From assembly GCA_012862495.1 (NCBI GenBank), contig BLSG01000161.1, forward strand, positions 1 through 63,355: a stretch of DNA of 63,355 nucleotides, written 5' to 3'. A program made the translations under genes and the position numbers. This stretch comes from Thraustochytrium aureum. Its lineage: Eukaryota. Position 1 is the stretch's first letter; each line of letters opens with the position of its first letter. The notes under the pieces are model-generated. The model saw only the letters and a list, made by a program, of their open reading frames with translations, was not told the DNA's origin and made no database searches. Positions 42,471 through 53,477 of this stretch are shown one piece after another.

Positions 42471-43455
42471 NNNNNNNNNNNNNNNNNNNNNNNNNNNNNN
42501 NNNNNNNNNNNNNNNNNNNNNNNNNNNNNNNNNNNNNNNNNNNNNNNNNNNNNNNNNNNNNNNNNNNNNNNNNNNNNNNNNNNNNNNNNNNNNNNNNNNN
42601 NNNNNNNNNNNNNNNNNNNNNNNNNNNNNNNNNNNNNNNNNNNNNNNNNNNNNNNNNNNNNNNNNNNNNNNNNNNNNNNNNNNNNNNNNNNNNNNNNNNN
42701 NNNNNNNNNNNNNNNNNNNNNNNNNNNNNNNNNNNNNNNNNNNNNNNNNNNNNNNNNNNNNNNNNNNNNNNNNNNNNNNNNNNNNNNNNNNNNNNNNNNN
42801 NNNNNNNNNNNNNNNNNNNNNNNNNNNNNNNNNNNNNNNNNNNNNNNNNNNNNNNNNNNNNNNNNNNNNNNNNNNNNNNNNNNNNNNNNNNNNNNNNNNN
42901 NNNNNNNNNNNNNNNNNNNNNNNNNNNNNNNNNNNNNNNNNNNNNNNNNNNNNNNNNNNNNNNNNNNNNNNNNNNNNNNNNNNNNNNNNNNNNNNNNNNN
43001 NNNNNNNNNNNNNNNNNNNNNNNNNNNNNNNNNNNNNNNNNNNNNNNNNNNNNNNNNNNNNNNNNNNNNNNNNNAGCGCGAGGGCGAGTACGGCGAGGCC
43101 CGAGTGCTCCATTGAAGACCCAATGTCCTCCACGAGACCAGTTCTGCAACGGCATTCCGTCGCGGCAGAGCGCCTTCGCCGCGGACGCGGGCAGCAGCTG
43201 CCGCGAGAGGGCCGCTGCGCTGCGGCGGCGCTCGGCTCGCTGACAATCAGGGGCGTACGCAGTCAACGAGGCAGCCGGGGCGTTTTGGGGCGGGAGCCCG
43301 TCGTCGTCCAGGACATCACATCGGCCACGCGGCGGCGTGGCCCGAGGCGTGCCCGCTTCAACGCTCGCGGGCTGCGAAGCGCCAGCCTCGCCGCGGCTGG
43401 CTGGCCGGCCTTCTTGGGCGCCTGGCAGCGACGCTGCGCGGGGATTCTGGGCGTC

Positions 43456-44699
43456 ATGCGCGTGGGGGACCGTGTGCTGGTCAAGTCGTCCGGGGAGTCG
43501 GGGCGGCTCGAGTACGTCGGTGAGCTCCGCGGGAAAGCCGGGACATTCTTCGGCGTTCGCCTCGACCGCGCAGCGGGCAAGAACGACGGCTGCGTGGATG
43601 GCCACAGGTACTTTACTTGCGAAGCGCGCCATGGCACCTTTGTTCGAGCTGACAACCTCTCTCCGGCCCGGGGCACGGACACCAAGGACCCGCGACCCGC
43701 ACGTGGCGCGGCGCGGTCGCACGAATTGAATGAAGCGTACTTGGAAGACTTTGAAAAGGGCTATGCCGCGCTGGCAGCTTCGGCAGGTTGCGCGCCAGGC
43801 CGCACCGACGCGGAAGAGTTGGAGTCGAAGAACGCCTCGGTCGCCGCAGGAGCCCTGTTTGATGCGCGCAACTTTGCTGCGGCGCACAGCGGTTGGAAAG
43901 GAAGGGCAGACAGCTCGAGTTGGGCAAGGGACCGCGCAACCCGGAGGGGCAGCTCTTTGACGCGTCAGACCAGCCTCTGCTTTGCGCGGCCCTCTCGCCC
44001 GACGCGCGCGAGTGTGTGGTGGGAGGCTGCGACCACGGGTTGCGCGTCTTTGACGTGCCACCGGCAAGGAAAAGCGCAACTTGTTTACGAAGAAGTTTGG
44101 NNNNNNNNNNNNNNNNNNNNNNNNNNNNNNNNNNNNNNNNNNNNNNNNNNNNNNNNNNNNNNNNNNNNNNNNNNNNNNNNNNNNNNNNNNNNNNNNNNNN
44201 NNNNNNNNNNNNNNNNNNNNNNNNNNNNNNNNNNNNNNNNNNNNNNNNNNNNNNNNNNNNNNNNNNNNNNNNNNNNNNNNNNNNNNNNNNNNNNNNNNNN
44301 NNNNNNNNNNNNNNNNNNNNNNNNNNNNNNNNNNNNNNNNNNNNNNNNNNNNNNNNNNNNNNNNNNNNNNNNNNNNNNNNNNNNNNNNNNNNNNNNNNNN
44401 NNNNNNNNNNNNNNNNNNNNNNNNNNNNNNNNNNNNNNNNNNNNNNNNNNNNNNNNNNNNNNNNNNNNNNNNNNNNNNNNNNNNNNNNNNNNNNNNNNNN
44501 NNNNNNNNNNNNNNNNNNNNNNNNNNNNNNNNNNNNNNNNNNNNNNNNNNNNNNNNNNNNNNNNNNGTTCACGAGCTCAGTTCGGGCCGGCTGTGTTACG
44601 GGCTCGGGGCGAACGCGGCGGGGCCCGGTGCATCGTGCCTGGGCCTGGCTTTGCGTTGCTGCTGGCGACGACGGGAACGCGCTAACGACCGGTTTTTGA
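43456..44699 (+). CDS. CAP-Gly plus WD40-repeat protein; about three apparent frameshifts and one gap (assembly errors or pseudogene)
   Basis: CAP-Gly: MRVGDRVLV...GRLEYVG...FFGVRLDRAAGKNDGCVDGHRYFTCEARHGTFVR. WD40 pieces lie in other frames: LLCAALSPDARECVVGGCDHGLRVFDV, ATGKEKRNLFTKKFG, VHELSSGRLCYGLGAN, CVAAGDDGNAL. Confidence 0.7.
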
Positions 44700-45073
44700 C
44701 GCTGCAGAGTGTCGGATGGCAGCACAGCCAGGGCGGGCAAGGGAGCGAAAGGGACGCAGTGGCTCAAGGTGGTTGAATGAGAGCAGAGGCGCAGTGCCGA
44801 GAGCGAAAAAAGTGGTGAAATGTAGGCAGTGGCGCATTTTCGAGCGAAAAGAGATGTGGAGTGTACCTTACCGATCAACATTGTCCTGCAAGGCGCGCGC
44901 ATGCCGATATGACCTAGCCTCGGCCAAAGCTCGCCCTCGGGCAAGAGACGCTGCCAAGAGCCGGGGCATACGTGAGATAGATGCCCCCCCCCTGCCGCGC
45001 GTCCTGCTGCTGCTGCTGTTTCCTTGTTGAGGGTGCTCCTTCCTTCCTTATGAGGGCACGCTGGTGAAAGTTA

Positions 45074-45906
45074 TCAGGCGGCGGCCTTCTTTGCCGACGA
45101 CTTTGCCTGGTTGCGCTTGGTCTTGTCCTCCATCGGCTCGCGCACAAAGGGCATCACTTCGCAGCCGCCCATGAACGGAACGAGGACCTGGGGCACGCGG
45201 ACGCCCTCCTCGGTCTGGTAGTTTTCCAAGATGCACGAGATGGTGCGCGTGAGTGCGCAAAGCGTCGAGTTGAGCATGTGCACGTACTGCTTGTCGTCCT
45301 TGGCACCGTAGCGGATGTCCATAGCGCGAGCCTGGTAGTCGAGGCAGTTGGAGCAGGACACGAGCTCCTTGTACTCGCCAAAGCTCGGGAACCAGCCTTC
45401 GATGTCGTACTTCTTCGCGGCGGCGAGGTTGAGCTCGCCAGACACGATGTTGACCACGCGGTAAGGCAGGCCGAGGCTCTGGAGGAACTCCTCGGCAAGA
45501 GCTCGCATCTCTTCGTGCGCCGCCCAGGACGACTCCGGGTCGGTGATGACGAACTGCTCGACCTTGTCGAACTGGTGAACGCGAAAGATGCCCTGCGTGT
45601 CCTTGCCGTGCTTGCCGGCCTCTTTGCGAAAGCAGGTCGAGAACCCGGCGTACTTGATTGGGAGCTCCTCCGCTTTGCGGAACCAGTCGCCCATGTGGTA
45701 GGCGCAGATGGGCTGCTCGCTGGTGGCGATCAAGTACTTTTCGTGCTTTTCGTTGCCGTCATCTGCGCCGCCCACGTGGTACAGAGACTCGTCAAAGTCG
45801 GAGAGCTGTGCGACGCCGGCCATCACCTCCTTGTTCATAAAGTACGGCGGCTGGAGCGGGGTGTACCCCTTGGACATGAGGAACTGGAGCGAGTAGGAGA
45901 TGAGGG
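45074..45906 (-). CDS. SARS: Seryl-tRNA synthetase, cytosolic type, C-terminal catalytic part (5' end in the gap)
   Basis: [94 protein letters not shown]. Confidence 0.97.
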
Positions 45907-46858
45907 NNNNNNNNNNNNNNNNNNNNNNNNNNNNNNNNNNNNNNNNNNNNNNNNNNNNNNNNNNNNNNNNNNNNNNNNNNNNNNNNNNNNNNNNNNNNNN
46001 NNNNNNNNNNNNNNNNNNNNNNNNNNNNNNNNNNNNNNNNNNNNNNNNNNNNNNNNNNNNNNNNNNNNNNNNNNNNNNNNNNNNNNNNNNNNNNNNNNNN
46101 NNNNNNNNNNNNNNNNNNNNNNNNNNNNNNNNNNNNNNNNNNNNNNNNNNNNNNNNNNNNNNNNNNNNNNNNNNNNNNNNNNNNNNNNNNNNNNNNNNNN
46201 NNNNNNNNNNNNNNNNNNNNNNNNNNNNNNNNNNNNNNNNNNNNNNNNNNNNNNNNNNNNNNNNNNNNNNNNNNNNNNNNNNNNNNNNNNNNNNNNNNNN
46301 NNNNNNNNNNNNNNNNNNNNNNNNNNNNNNNNNNNNNNNNNNNNNNNNNNNNNNNNNNNNNNNNNNNNNNNNNNNNNNNNNNNNNNNNNNNNNNNNNNNN
46401 NNNNNNNNNNNNNNNNNNNNNNNNNNNNNNNNNNNNNNNNNNNNNNNNNNNNNNNNNNNNNNNNNNNNNNNNNNNNNNNNNNNNNNNNNNNNNNNNNNNN
46501 NNNNNNNNNNNNNNNNNNNNNNNNNNNNNNNNNNNNNNNNNNNNNNNNNNNNNNNNNNNNNNNNNNNNNNNNNNNNNNNNNNNNNNNNNNNNNNNNNNNN
46601 NNNNNNNNNNNNNNNNNNNNNNNNNNNNNNNNNNNNNNNNNNNNNCGTGCGTGCCTTGACTGCCTGCGTGCCTGCGTGCGTGCCTGGCCTGCTGCTGCTG
46701 CTGCTGCTGCTCGATGCGTGTCTGCGGCCTCCACGCGCACGGGCGGTGGCTGGGTGAACGAATCCACTGGCGCCTCCCGTCCCTCGCGCGTCCGACCCTG
46801 TTCCGCGAACGTTCCGCCCCTCTGTTCCTTCTTCCTCGTGTCCGTTCCGCGTCTGCGT

Positions 46859-47210
46859 GTATTATAGAGGGCAGCAGGCGTGAAGGGCTCTTTGTTCGCG
46901 GGAGCGGGGTGAAGGGTTCTGTGCTCGCGAGGAGTTCTGCGGTGCGGCGTTTTGCGGGTTGACCCTCTGTATTAATATACGCACAGAACGCGCATGATGG
47001 GGTACATTATAGAGGGGTAGGTTAGGGCAACCAGGGTGGGGTTGTGAAGGGCTCGTTGATCGGTCGGCTGTTTCGCGGCGTTCTGCTTTGCGGAGCGCCC
47101 CGCTGTAATCTGTTCACATAGAAAATATCGTGGATGGACATATTATTGAGGGGCAGGATAGGGTGGGTTAGGGTAGCCGGGGTCTCCGCTGTTGGGTAAT
47201 TGAGGGGAGA
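46859..47210. repeat. Degenerate ~140-bp tandem repeat (about 2.5 units), G-skewed
   Basis: attatagaggg at 46861 and 47006, attattgagggg at 47142. Units 1 and 2 also share gtgaagggctc, gttctgc and ccc(t/g)ctgta blocks. Confidence 0.55.
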
Positions 47211-47274
47211 GGTACGCATTTGACGCGTAGTGTAGCTGCTGGGCGTGCAGCAGAACACCGTCCAAGCCGCGACA

Positions 47275-47322
<48 letters not shown>

Positions 47323-47323
47323 C
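47275..47323. repeat. (GAGCAG)n microsatellite
   Basis: Direct inspection. Confidence 0.95.
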
Positions 47324-47567
47324 AGGCGGTTGTGAGCTGCCGCTTGGGGACCGAACGTCTTCGGCGTGTGAGCGTCTGGCGGCCGGACTCGGCTTCGTGC
47401 TGGGCGGCTCGAGGGTTCGAACGCCGTGCACCGGGTGACTGCAAGCTGATTCGGGGAAGGCAGCGCCTGGGCAGGGACAAGTTGCTGCTGTTTCTGCTGC
47501 TGACGCGGCGGCGGCGGCGGGGGGTGCTTCGACTTGTACGACTAGTGCTGCGACGCCGGAGCCAGAG

Positions 47568-50339
47568 ATGTTGCTGAATATCGTCGACGACGAGCCGCCC
47601 AGCCCGGTCGTTGCCGGGCCAACGCCGCCGGCCCACATTGGCCGGAAGGTGCCCGCCAAAAGAGCGCCGGCCGCGGGCGGCACTAAGGGGGAAAGGAACG
47701 TTGGCAAGGCGCCTGCGTCGCGCCAGGTGAACAACTCCAAACCCGCTCGCGGGCCGCAGAGCCAAAGCGCCGGACAAAAGCGACCGCGCCAGGCAGCAGC
47801 GCCCAAGCCGCCCGCAAAAGCACCTGAGACGGAAGCTGCGCACGAGCCGCTGCACCCAACCCCAAGGCCGCAAGCGAAGCGCTCAAAACCGACAGACCAG
47901 CGAACGGCCGCAACCGCTGCCACAGCAGCCAAGCCGGAGGCGACGGAAGCGGCAGCGCAACCCGCAGCCCCAGGCAAGAAGTCGGAAGCAGCAACTAAAC
48001 CAGCCAAGCCGGAAAGACCAGCCAAACAAACAGGCCCGGCCGAACCCGCAACGCCAGCCAAGGCGTCGCCCAAGGCCAGAGGCGACGCCGTCGTCACAGT
48101 TTGCAAGCCGGGCAAGGTGCCAGCAGCCCAAAAAGGCACAGCCAAGGCTCTAGAGCCCGCGAAAAATGTATCAGCCGCCAAGAGGCCGATCGAATCGGCT
48201 GCCGACACGCCCGCCGCCAAGCGCCCCAAGAACGCCGCGAAAGAGCCTGCCGACGCACCTGCCGCAGGCCTTTTGTCCTTCAAGGCCCTTGGCCTGTGCG
48301 ACAAGCTCCTCAACGTCCTCACCACGCCTTCTGTCGAGGGCGGAATGGGGTTTTCCGTGCCCACGCTCGTCCAGCAGAATGCGATCCCGCACATTTTGCA
48401 GGGCCGCGACGTCTTGATCCGCAGCGAAACCGGGTCGGGCAAGACGCTTGCTTTCGGACTCCCGATGCTGGAGCTCTTGCAGCAGGGCGGGAGCGTGAGC
48501 CGCGCCGACGGCATATCGGCGCTGGTGCTCTCACCGACGCGCGAGCTTTGCTTTCAGATCACGCAGGTGCTGGAAAAGGTGGCGCGGCCCTTCTTCTGGG
48601 TCGTTATCGGCGCCCTCGTTGGCGGCGAAAAGCGCAAGAGCGAAAAGGCGAGGCTCCGCAAAGGGATCAACATTCTCGTCGCAACGCCCGGTCGACTGCT
48701 GGATCACCTGGAGCACACGGAGACGCTTGGCTCCAGCTTGAAGCGCGGAATGCTGCGCTGGCTCGTGCTCGATGAGGCCGACCGCCTCACAGACGCTGGC
48801 TTTGTCAAGCAAATTGGCGCCGTGCTGGAGTGGCTCGAGACCAACGGGTGCACCTCTGGCGGGGACTCTGCCTCCAAACGCCGTCTTCAAACGGTCCTCG
48901 TCTCGGCCACCTTGAACAGCAAGGTCCAGGAGCTCGCAAGCCGCAGCTTGCACGAGCCAGAGACCGTCGAGATCAAGACCGGCCAGAGCAAGCTCCACGC
49001 TGCCCCAGCCCCGACGCTCGAGCCAGGCGAAGCCGGCCCCGCTCAGATCCCGGGCAGCGACACTGCGGGCGACCACGACTCTGCTGGCGAAAACGCCGCC
49101 GCGGCAGCCGAGGACCAGGAGCTCTCGATGCCAAAGACCCTCACGCAGCACTACATGCTAGTTCCGAGCAAGGACCGCCTCGTGGCGCTCTCGGCCTTTG
49201 TGCTCCGCCAGGTCAAACGCTACCGGTACTCGGTTAAGATTGTGCTCTTCGTTTCCTGTCGCGCAGTGGTCGACTTTTTGCACGCTGCCATGTCGCGCGT
49301 CGAGTGGCCGCCCCGGCGCAACGGCAGAAAAGCAGAACGGCCGCGCAACCAGGGCCTCGGCACCCGGTGGTGGAAGCTGCACGGGAGCGTGGACCAAAAG
49401 GAGCGCAGACGCGCGATCAACGAATTCAGCAAGGCCAAGAACGGCGTTCTTATTTGCACCGACGTGGCCGCTCGCGGGCTTGACCTGCCGCATGTTGACT
49501 GGATTATCCAGTACGACCCTCCCAGCGAAGTGTCCGAGTACGTCCACCGCGTAGGCCGCACGGCGCGCTCTGGGCGGCGCGGCTCGGCGCTGCTGTTCCT
49601 CACCCCGAGCGAGGAAGAGTATGTCAAGCTGCTCGAGGCACGGCAAGCAACCCTGGTAGAGATCAAGGTCCAGACCATGTACGCGGCGCTCAGCAAGTAC
49701 GCCGTCCAGGAGGACGAGAACGCGGAGGCGGAGGCAGAGCTCGACGCCCTCATTGGCCTCGCACCCTCTTCGGGCTCGGCAGCCCGCGGACCTGGCGCCC
49801 GGCGCCGCTCGCAAGGAGCTGGCAAAGTCAGCGCTCTTGGTCGGGCCGCGCAAGACCCTGAGGCAGCTGCTGCGCTCATGCACCTCAAGCTAATCGATCT
49901 CGTCGAAGGTGACGAAGACGAGCCCGCCGACGCAGAGCAGGCCGAATCCGCCGCGGGCGCTGCGGCTGACGCCCCTGCAGTCGCCAAAGCGAAGGACGCC
50001 AAGGCTGCCAAGAAGCGACCAGGGGCTGGTGGAGCCGGAAGCAAGGCGCGGAAATCAGTGCTCAAAATCAAAGCGGAGGAGGCATTCGTCGCGTTCGTAC
50101 GAGCCTACGCGGTGCACTCCAAGGAGACCAAGCTCATATTTCACCCGAAGAAGCTCCACCTCGGGCACGTGGCGCGCTCGTTCGGGCTGAAAGAGGAGCC
50201 CAAAGGCGTCTCGCAGGCCTCCCGGGTCCGCCACAAGGAGCGCAAGGTCAAGCGCGAGGGCCACCGCGTGAAACGTGACTTTACCCGCAAGGCCGAGCAG
50301 CTCACTAAGGGGAGCGCCAGCGAGTTCGCCGCGAGCTAG
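47568..50339 (+). CDS. DBP7: DEAD-box RNA helicase DBP7/DDX31 (60S biogenesis)
   Basis: SETGSGKT, SPTREL, DBP7-type GGEKRKSEKARLRKGINILVATPGRLLDHL, LDEADRL, SAT, TDVAARGLD, HRVGRTAR, C-terminal FHPKKLHLGHVARSFGL. Confidence 0.93.
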   Translation: MLLNIVDDEPPSPVVAGPTPPAHIGRKVPAKRAPAAGGTKGERNVGKAPASRQVNNSKPARGPQSQSAGQKRPRQAAAPKPPAKAPETEAAHEPLHPTPRPQAKRSKPTDQRTAATAATAAKPEATEAAAQPAAPGKKSEAATKPAKPERPAKQTGPAEPATPAKASPKARGDAVVTVCKPGKVPAAQKGTAKALEPAKNVSAAKRPIESAADTPAAKRPKNAAKEPADAPAAGLLSFKALGLCDKLLNVLTTPSVEGGMGFSVPTLVQQNAIPHILQGRDVLIRSETGSGKTLAFGLPMLELLQQGGSVSRADGISALVLSPTRELCFQITQVLEKVARPFFWVVIGALVGGEKRKSEKARLRKGINILVATPGRLLDHLEHTETLGSSLKRGMLRWLVLDEADRLTDAGFVKQIGAVLEWLETNGCTSGGDSASKRRLQTVLVSATLNSKVQELASRSLHEPETVEIKTGQSKLHAAPAPTLEPGEAGPAQIPGSDTAGDHDSAGENAAAAAEDQELSMPKTLTQHYMLVPSKDRLVALSAFVLRQVKRYRYSVKIVLFVSCRAVVDFLHAAMSRVEWPPRRNGRKAERPRNQGLGTRWWKLHGSVDQKERRRAINEFSKAKNGVLICTDVAARGLDLPHVDWIIQYDPPSEVSEYVHRVGRTARSGRRGSALLFLTPSEEEYVKLLEARQATLVEIKVQTMYAALSKYAVQEDENAEAEAELDALIGLAPSSGSAARGPGARRRSQGAGKVSALGRAAQDPEAAAALMHLKLIDLVEGDEDEPADAEQAESAAGAAADAPAVAKAKDAKAAKKRPGAGGAGSKARKSVLKIKAEEAFVAFVRAYAVHSKETKLIFHPKKLHLGHVARSFGLKEEPKGVSQASRVRHKERKVKREGHRVKRDFTRKAEQLTKGSASEFAAS

Positions 50340-50603
50340 AGGCGGACAGCACGTTGATGCGCCGTGAGCAGAGCAAAAGCTAGGGAAAGAAACAATGCAA
50401 TCAAAACCTCCGTCCAGGTGTAGCTTGTGCTCGCTCTGACTCTACCCGCAAAGCCGAGCAGCTCACTAAGGGGAGCGCCAGCGAGTTCGCCGCCGCGACG
50501 TAGAGGCGGACAGCACGTTGATGCACCGGGTGCAGAGCTACAACAAGGGGAAAAGAACAATGCAATCACAACCTCCATCCAGATGTAGCTTGGGCTCGCT
50601 CTG
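50282..50603. repeat. ~161-bp tandem duplication of the DBP7 last codons plus downstream sequence
   Basis: tacccgcaa(g/a)gccgagcagctcactaaggggagcgccagcgagttcgcc...tgtagcttg(t/g)gctcgctctga occurs at ~50282-50439 and ~50443-50603. Confidence 0.9.
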
Positions 50604-50758
50604 AGCCCGCAACCTACTAGCTCTAGCTAGAGAGTCCCTTTGGTTCAAACCGCCCTCGAGAGGACGGCGGAATGGCCCGCCGTCCCAGTGGCCCGCCGTC
50701 CCAGCACCAACAGAAATGCGCCGCGCCCACTGCGACGCACCTTTCACCCACATGTCGA

Positions 50759-52199
50759 TCAAAACGTCCAGGAGGACGCCGGCGCCTTCTTGCGGTGATA
50801 GAACAGCATGTACGCGTTCGGGGAGTCGAGCATGTCCTGGCCCGACAGCGGGCGGACCCGCGCGTCGTCCAGCTCGTACCAAGACCCAGTCGAGGGGTGC
50901 TGGATCCATGAAGTGTAATGGCCCCGGACGGCGAGTTCCCCGAGATGCTGGCACACGGCATAAAGCTCGTAATTGCGAAGCGCCAAGGTCGAGGCCGTCC
51001 GCGAGCCGCCGCCCCAAGACTGCGGCGCAACCTGCGCCGCCCCTTTGGGCTCGGCCGAGTCGGCAGTTGGCTCTCCGCTCACCTCGATGCTCTTTGCGTG
51101 AACCTGCAGCTCAGTCAGCAACCGAGTCGAAAGAAAGGACTCGGGCAAAACCAGCTCGCGCTGGTAAGAGACCACCTTGTGAAGCTTTTGCGCATTACCC
51201 GTGGTCTGCGAGAACACAAAGCGCTTGAGGTGCAGAATGAGGACCTCAGGAAGCTCGTCAAAGAGCAGCGATTTTTGGCCGCGCTGCCCGCCCTCTGCGC
51301 TCGACTGCGTGCGGAGACCGGTGAGCAGCTCTGGCGCCATGTACAGCTCGAGCGCGTCCTGGACAGTGCGGACCTTTTGGCTCAGAACCTCGAGCTGCAA
51401 GCACATGAAGGGCTGAAGCGTGACCGACTCTTTCGCGCCGGCCGTGCTCACGCAGCTCCGCAGTACGCCCTGAAAGTTGGCCGAGATGAAGGTAGAGCGT
51501 TTGGCTTGCTCGCCGTCGAGCCCCCCGACCTTTTGCGCGACCGCGTTGCGCCCCTTCTTCACGACCTCCTGCCACTCCTCAACGGGCTGCTCCGACACGG
51601 CTCCGTCGCCCTTGTTCGGAGCGCCGTCGTTCCAGAGGGCGAGCTGCTCTTCGTTCAGCGCGTCCAAGAGCCACTCGAGAAACTCGTGCGCGTCCTGCTG
51701 TGGCGCACTGACGGAGACGCGAAAATCGCTTGAGGCTTGGTTGATCGAGACGCGGTCGGCAAGGCCGTGCATGGCGAAAAAGGCCCGCATCTCGTGCACA
51801 AACTTGTCCGGGCGTACGGGGTCGTCGCCGACGCTTGGTTCTCGGCCGCGGACCAGCTGCTCGACGAGGTCAAAGTCGCCGCCCATTTCCACGACAAGAC
51901 TGGCTAGCTGCTCAAGCACTGGCGCGCGCGAGGCGAGGTCCAGGCCGAGGTCTTGCACCACTGCTAGGAGCTCTACAGCCGGTACCCACAGGCGCCGCAG
52001 CTGTGGCGTGACAGCAAGGCACTGGACAACCGCGTTCATGAAGCAGGTGTTGCCGAGGTTGACCAACCCCCTTACACCCAAGAGCTGGTCTGCGCTCGGC
52101 GTCGGGGCCGCCCTGGCCTGCGTCGCGCCGAGCAGCCTCTTGGCCAGCCCGGCGCCGTTCCAGTTGATCTGCTCGACGTCCTCCTCAAACCCGGCGCTT
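50759..52199 (-). CDS. Ubiquitin C-terminal hydrolase (peptidase C19, USP10/Ubp3-like); 5' end in the gap
   Basis: Cys box RGLVNLGNTCFMNAVVQCL, QQDAHEFL, ESVTLQPFMCLQL, LPEVLILHLKRF, His box HLGELAVRGHYT, WYELDDARV. Confidence 0.9.
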
Positions 52200-53477
52200 N
52201 NNNNNNNNNNNNNNNNNNNNNNNNNNNNNNNNNNNNNNNNNNNNNNNNNNNNNNNNNNNNNNNNNNNNNNNNNNNNNNNNNNNNNNNNNNNNNNNNNNNN
52301 NNNNNNNNNNNNNNNNNNNNNNNNNNNNNNNNNNNNNNNNNNNNNNNNNNNNNNNNNNNNNNNNNNNNNNNNNNNNNNNNNNNNNNNNNNNNNNNNNNNN
52401 NNNNNNNNNNNNNNNNNNNNNNNNNNNNNNNNNNNNNNNNNNNNNNNNNNNNNNNNNNNNNNNNNNNNNNNNNNNNNNNNNNNNNNNNNNNNNNNNNNNN
52501 NNNNNNNNNNNNNNNNNNNNNNNNNNNNNNNNNNNNNNNNNNNNNNNNNNNNNNNNNNNNNNNNNNNNNNNNNNNNNNNNNNNNNNNNNNNNNNNNNNNN
52601 NNNNNNNNNNNNNNNNNNNNNNNNNNNNNNNNNNNNNNNNNNNNNNNNNNNNNNNNNNNNNNNNNNNNNNNNNNNNNNNNNNNNNNNNNNNNNNNNNNNN
52701 NNNNNNNNNNNNNNNNNNNNNNNNNNNNNNNNNNNNNNNNNNNNNNNNNNNNNNNNNNNNNNNNNNNNNNNNNNNNNNNNNNNNNNNNNNNNNNNNNNNN
52801 NNNNNNNNNNNNNNNNNNNNNNNNNNNNNNNNNNNNNNNNNNNNNNNNNNNNNNNNNNNNNNNNNNNNNNNNNNNNNNNNNNNNNNNNNNNNNNNNNNNN
52901 NNNNNNNNNNNNNNNNNNNNNNNNNNNNNNNNNNNNNNNNNNNNNNNNNNNNNNNNNNNNNNNNNNNNNNNNNNNNNNNNNNNNNNNNNNNNNNNNNNNN
53001 NNNNNNNNNNNNNNNNNNNNNNNNNNNNNNNNNNNNNNNNNNNNNNNNNNNNNNNNNNNNNNNNNNNNNNNNNNNNNNNNNNNNNNNNNNNNNNTATCTT
53101 TCAACAAGGACTTCCGACACGTAGTACAAGGAAAGAAAGTAGCATTGGTTCGAGTTCGAGTTGGGTTGCCGCCCTCGAGGACGTCGCCGAGGCGCTCGAG
53201 CTGCTCGCGCGCGCCGATGCTGCATTGGCTCGCAGCCAGGCTTGCTGGCTCGTTGATTGATCGGTTTGGCCCGCGTTTTGCTTTTTATTTCGTGGCTGGG
53301 CAGGAAGCGCTTGGGCGCTCACGGGCGACGCAAGGCGCGGACGCTGTGCGCGCCGATGCGGTCGACGAGCGCAGCGCTAGCTGGCACGAGTGGGCGGGCT
53401 GCGGTGCGGCGATCGCCGTCGCTTGTGATTGGTTGGCTCGCTGTGCGGGACAGCCGGCGCGAGGGGCGTTTCTGGTT

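Noticed and set aside
45907..46645. ORFs extended through N-runs (all gaps)
   Set aside because: The X-filled translations are artefacts, and frame across a gap is unknown.
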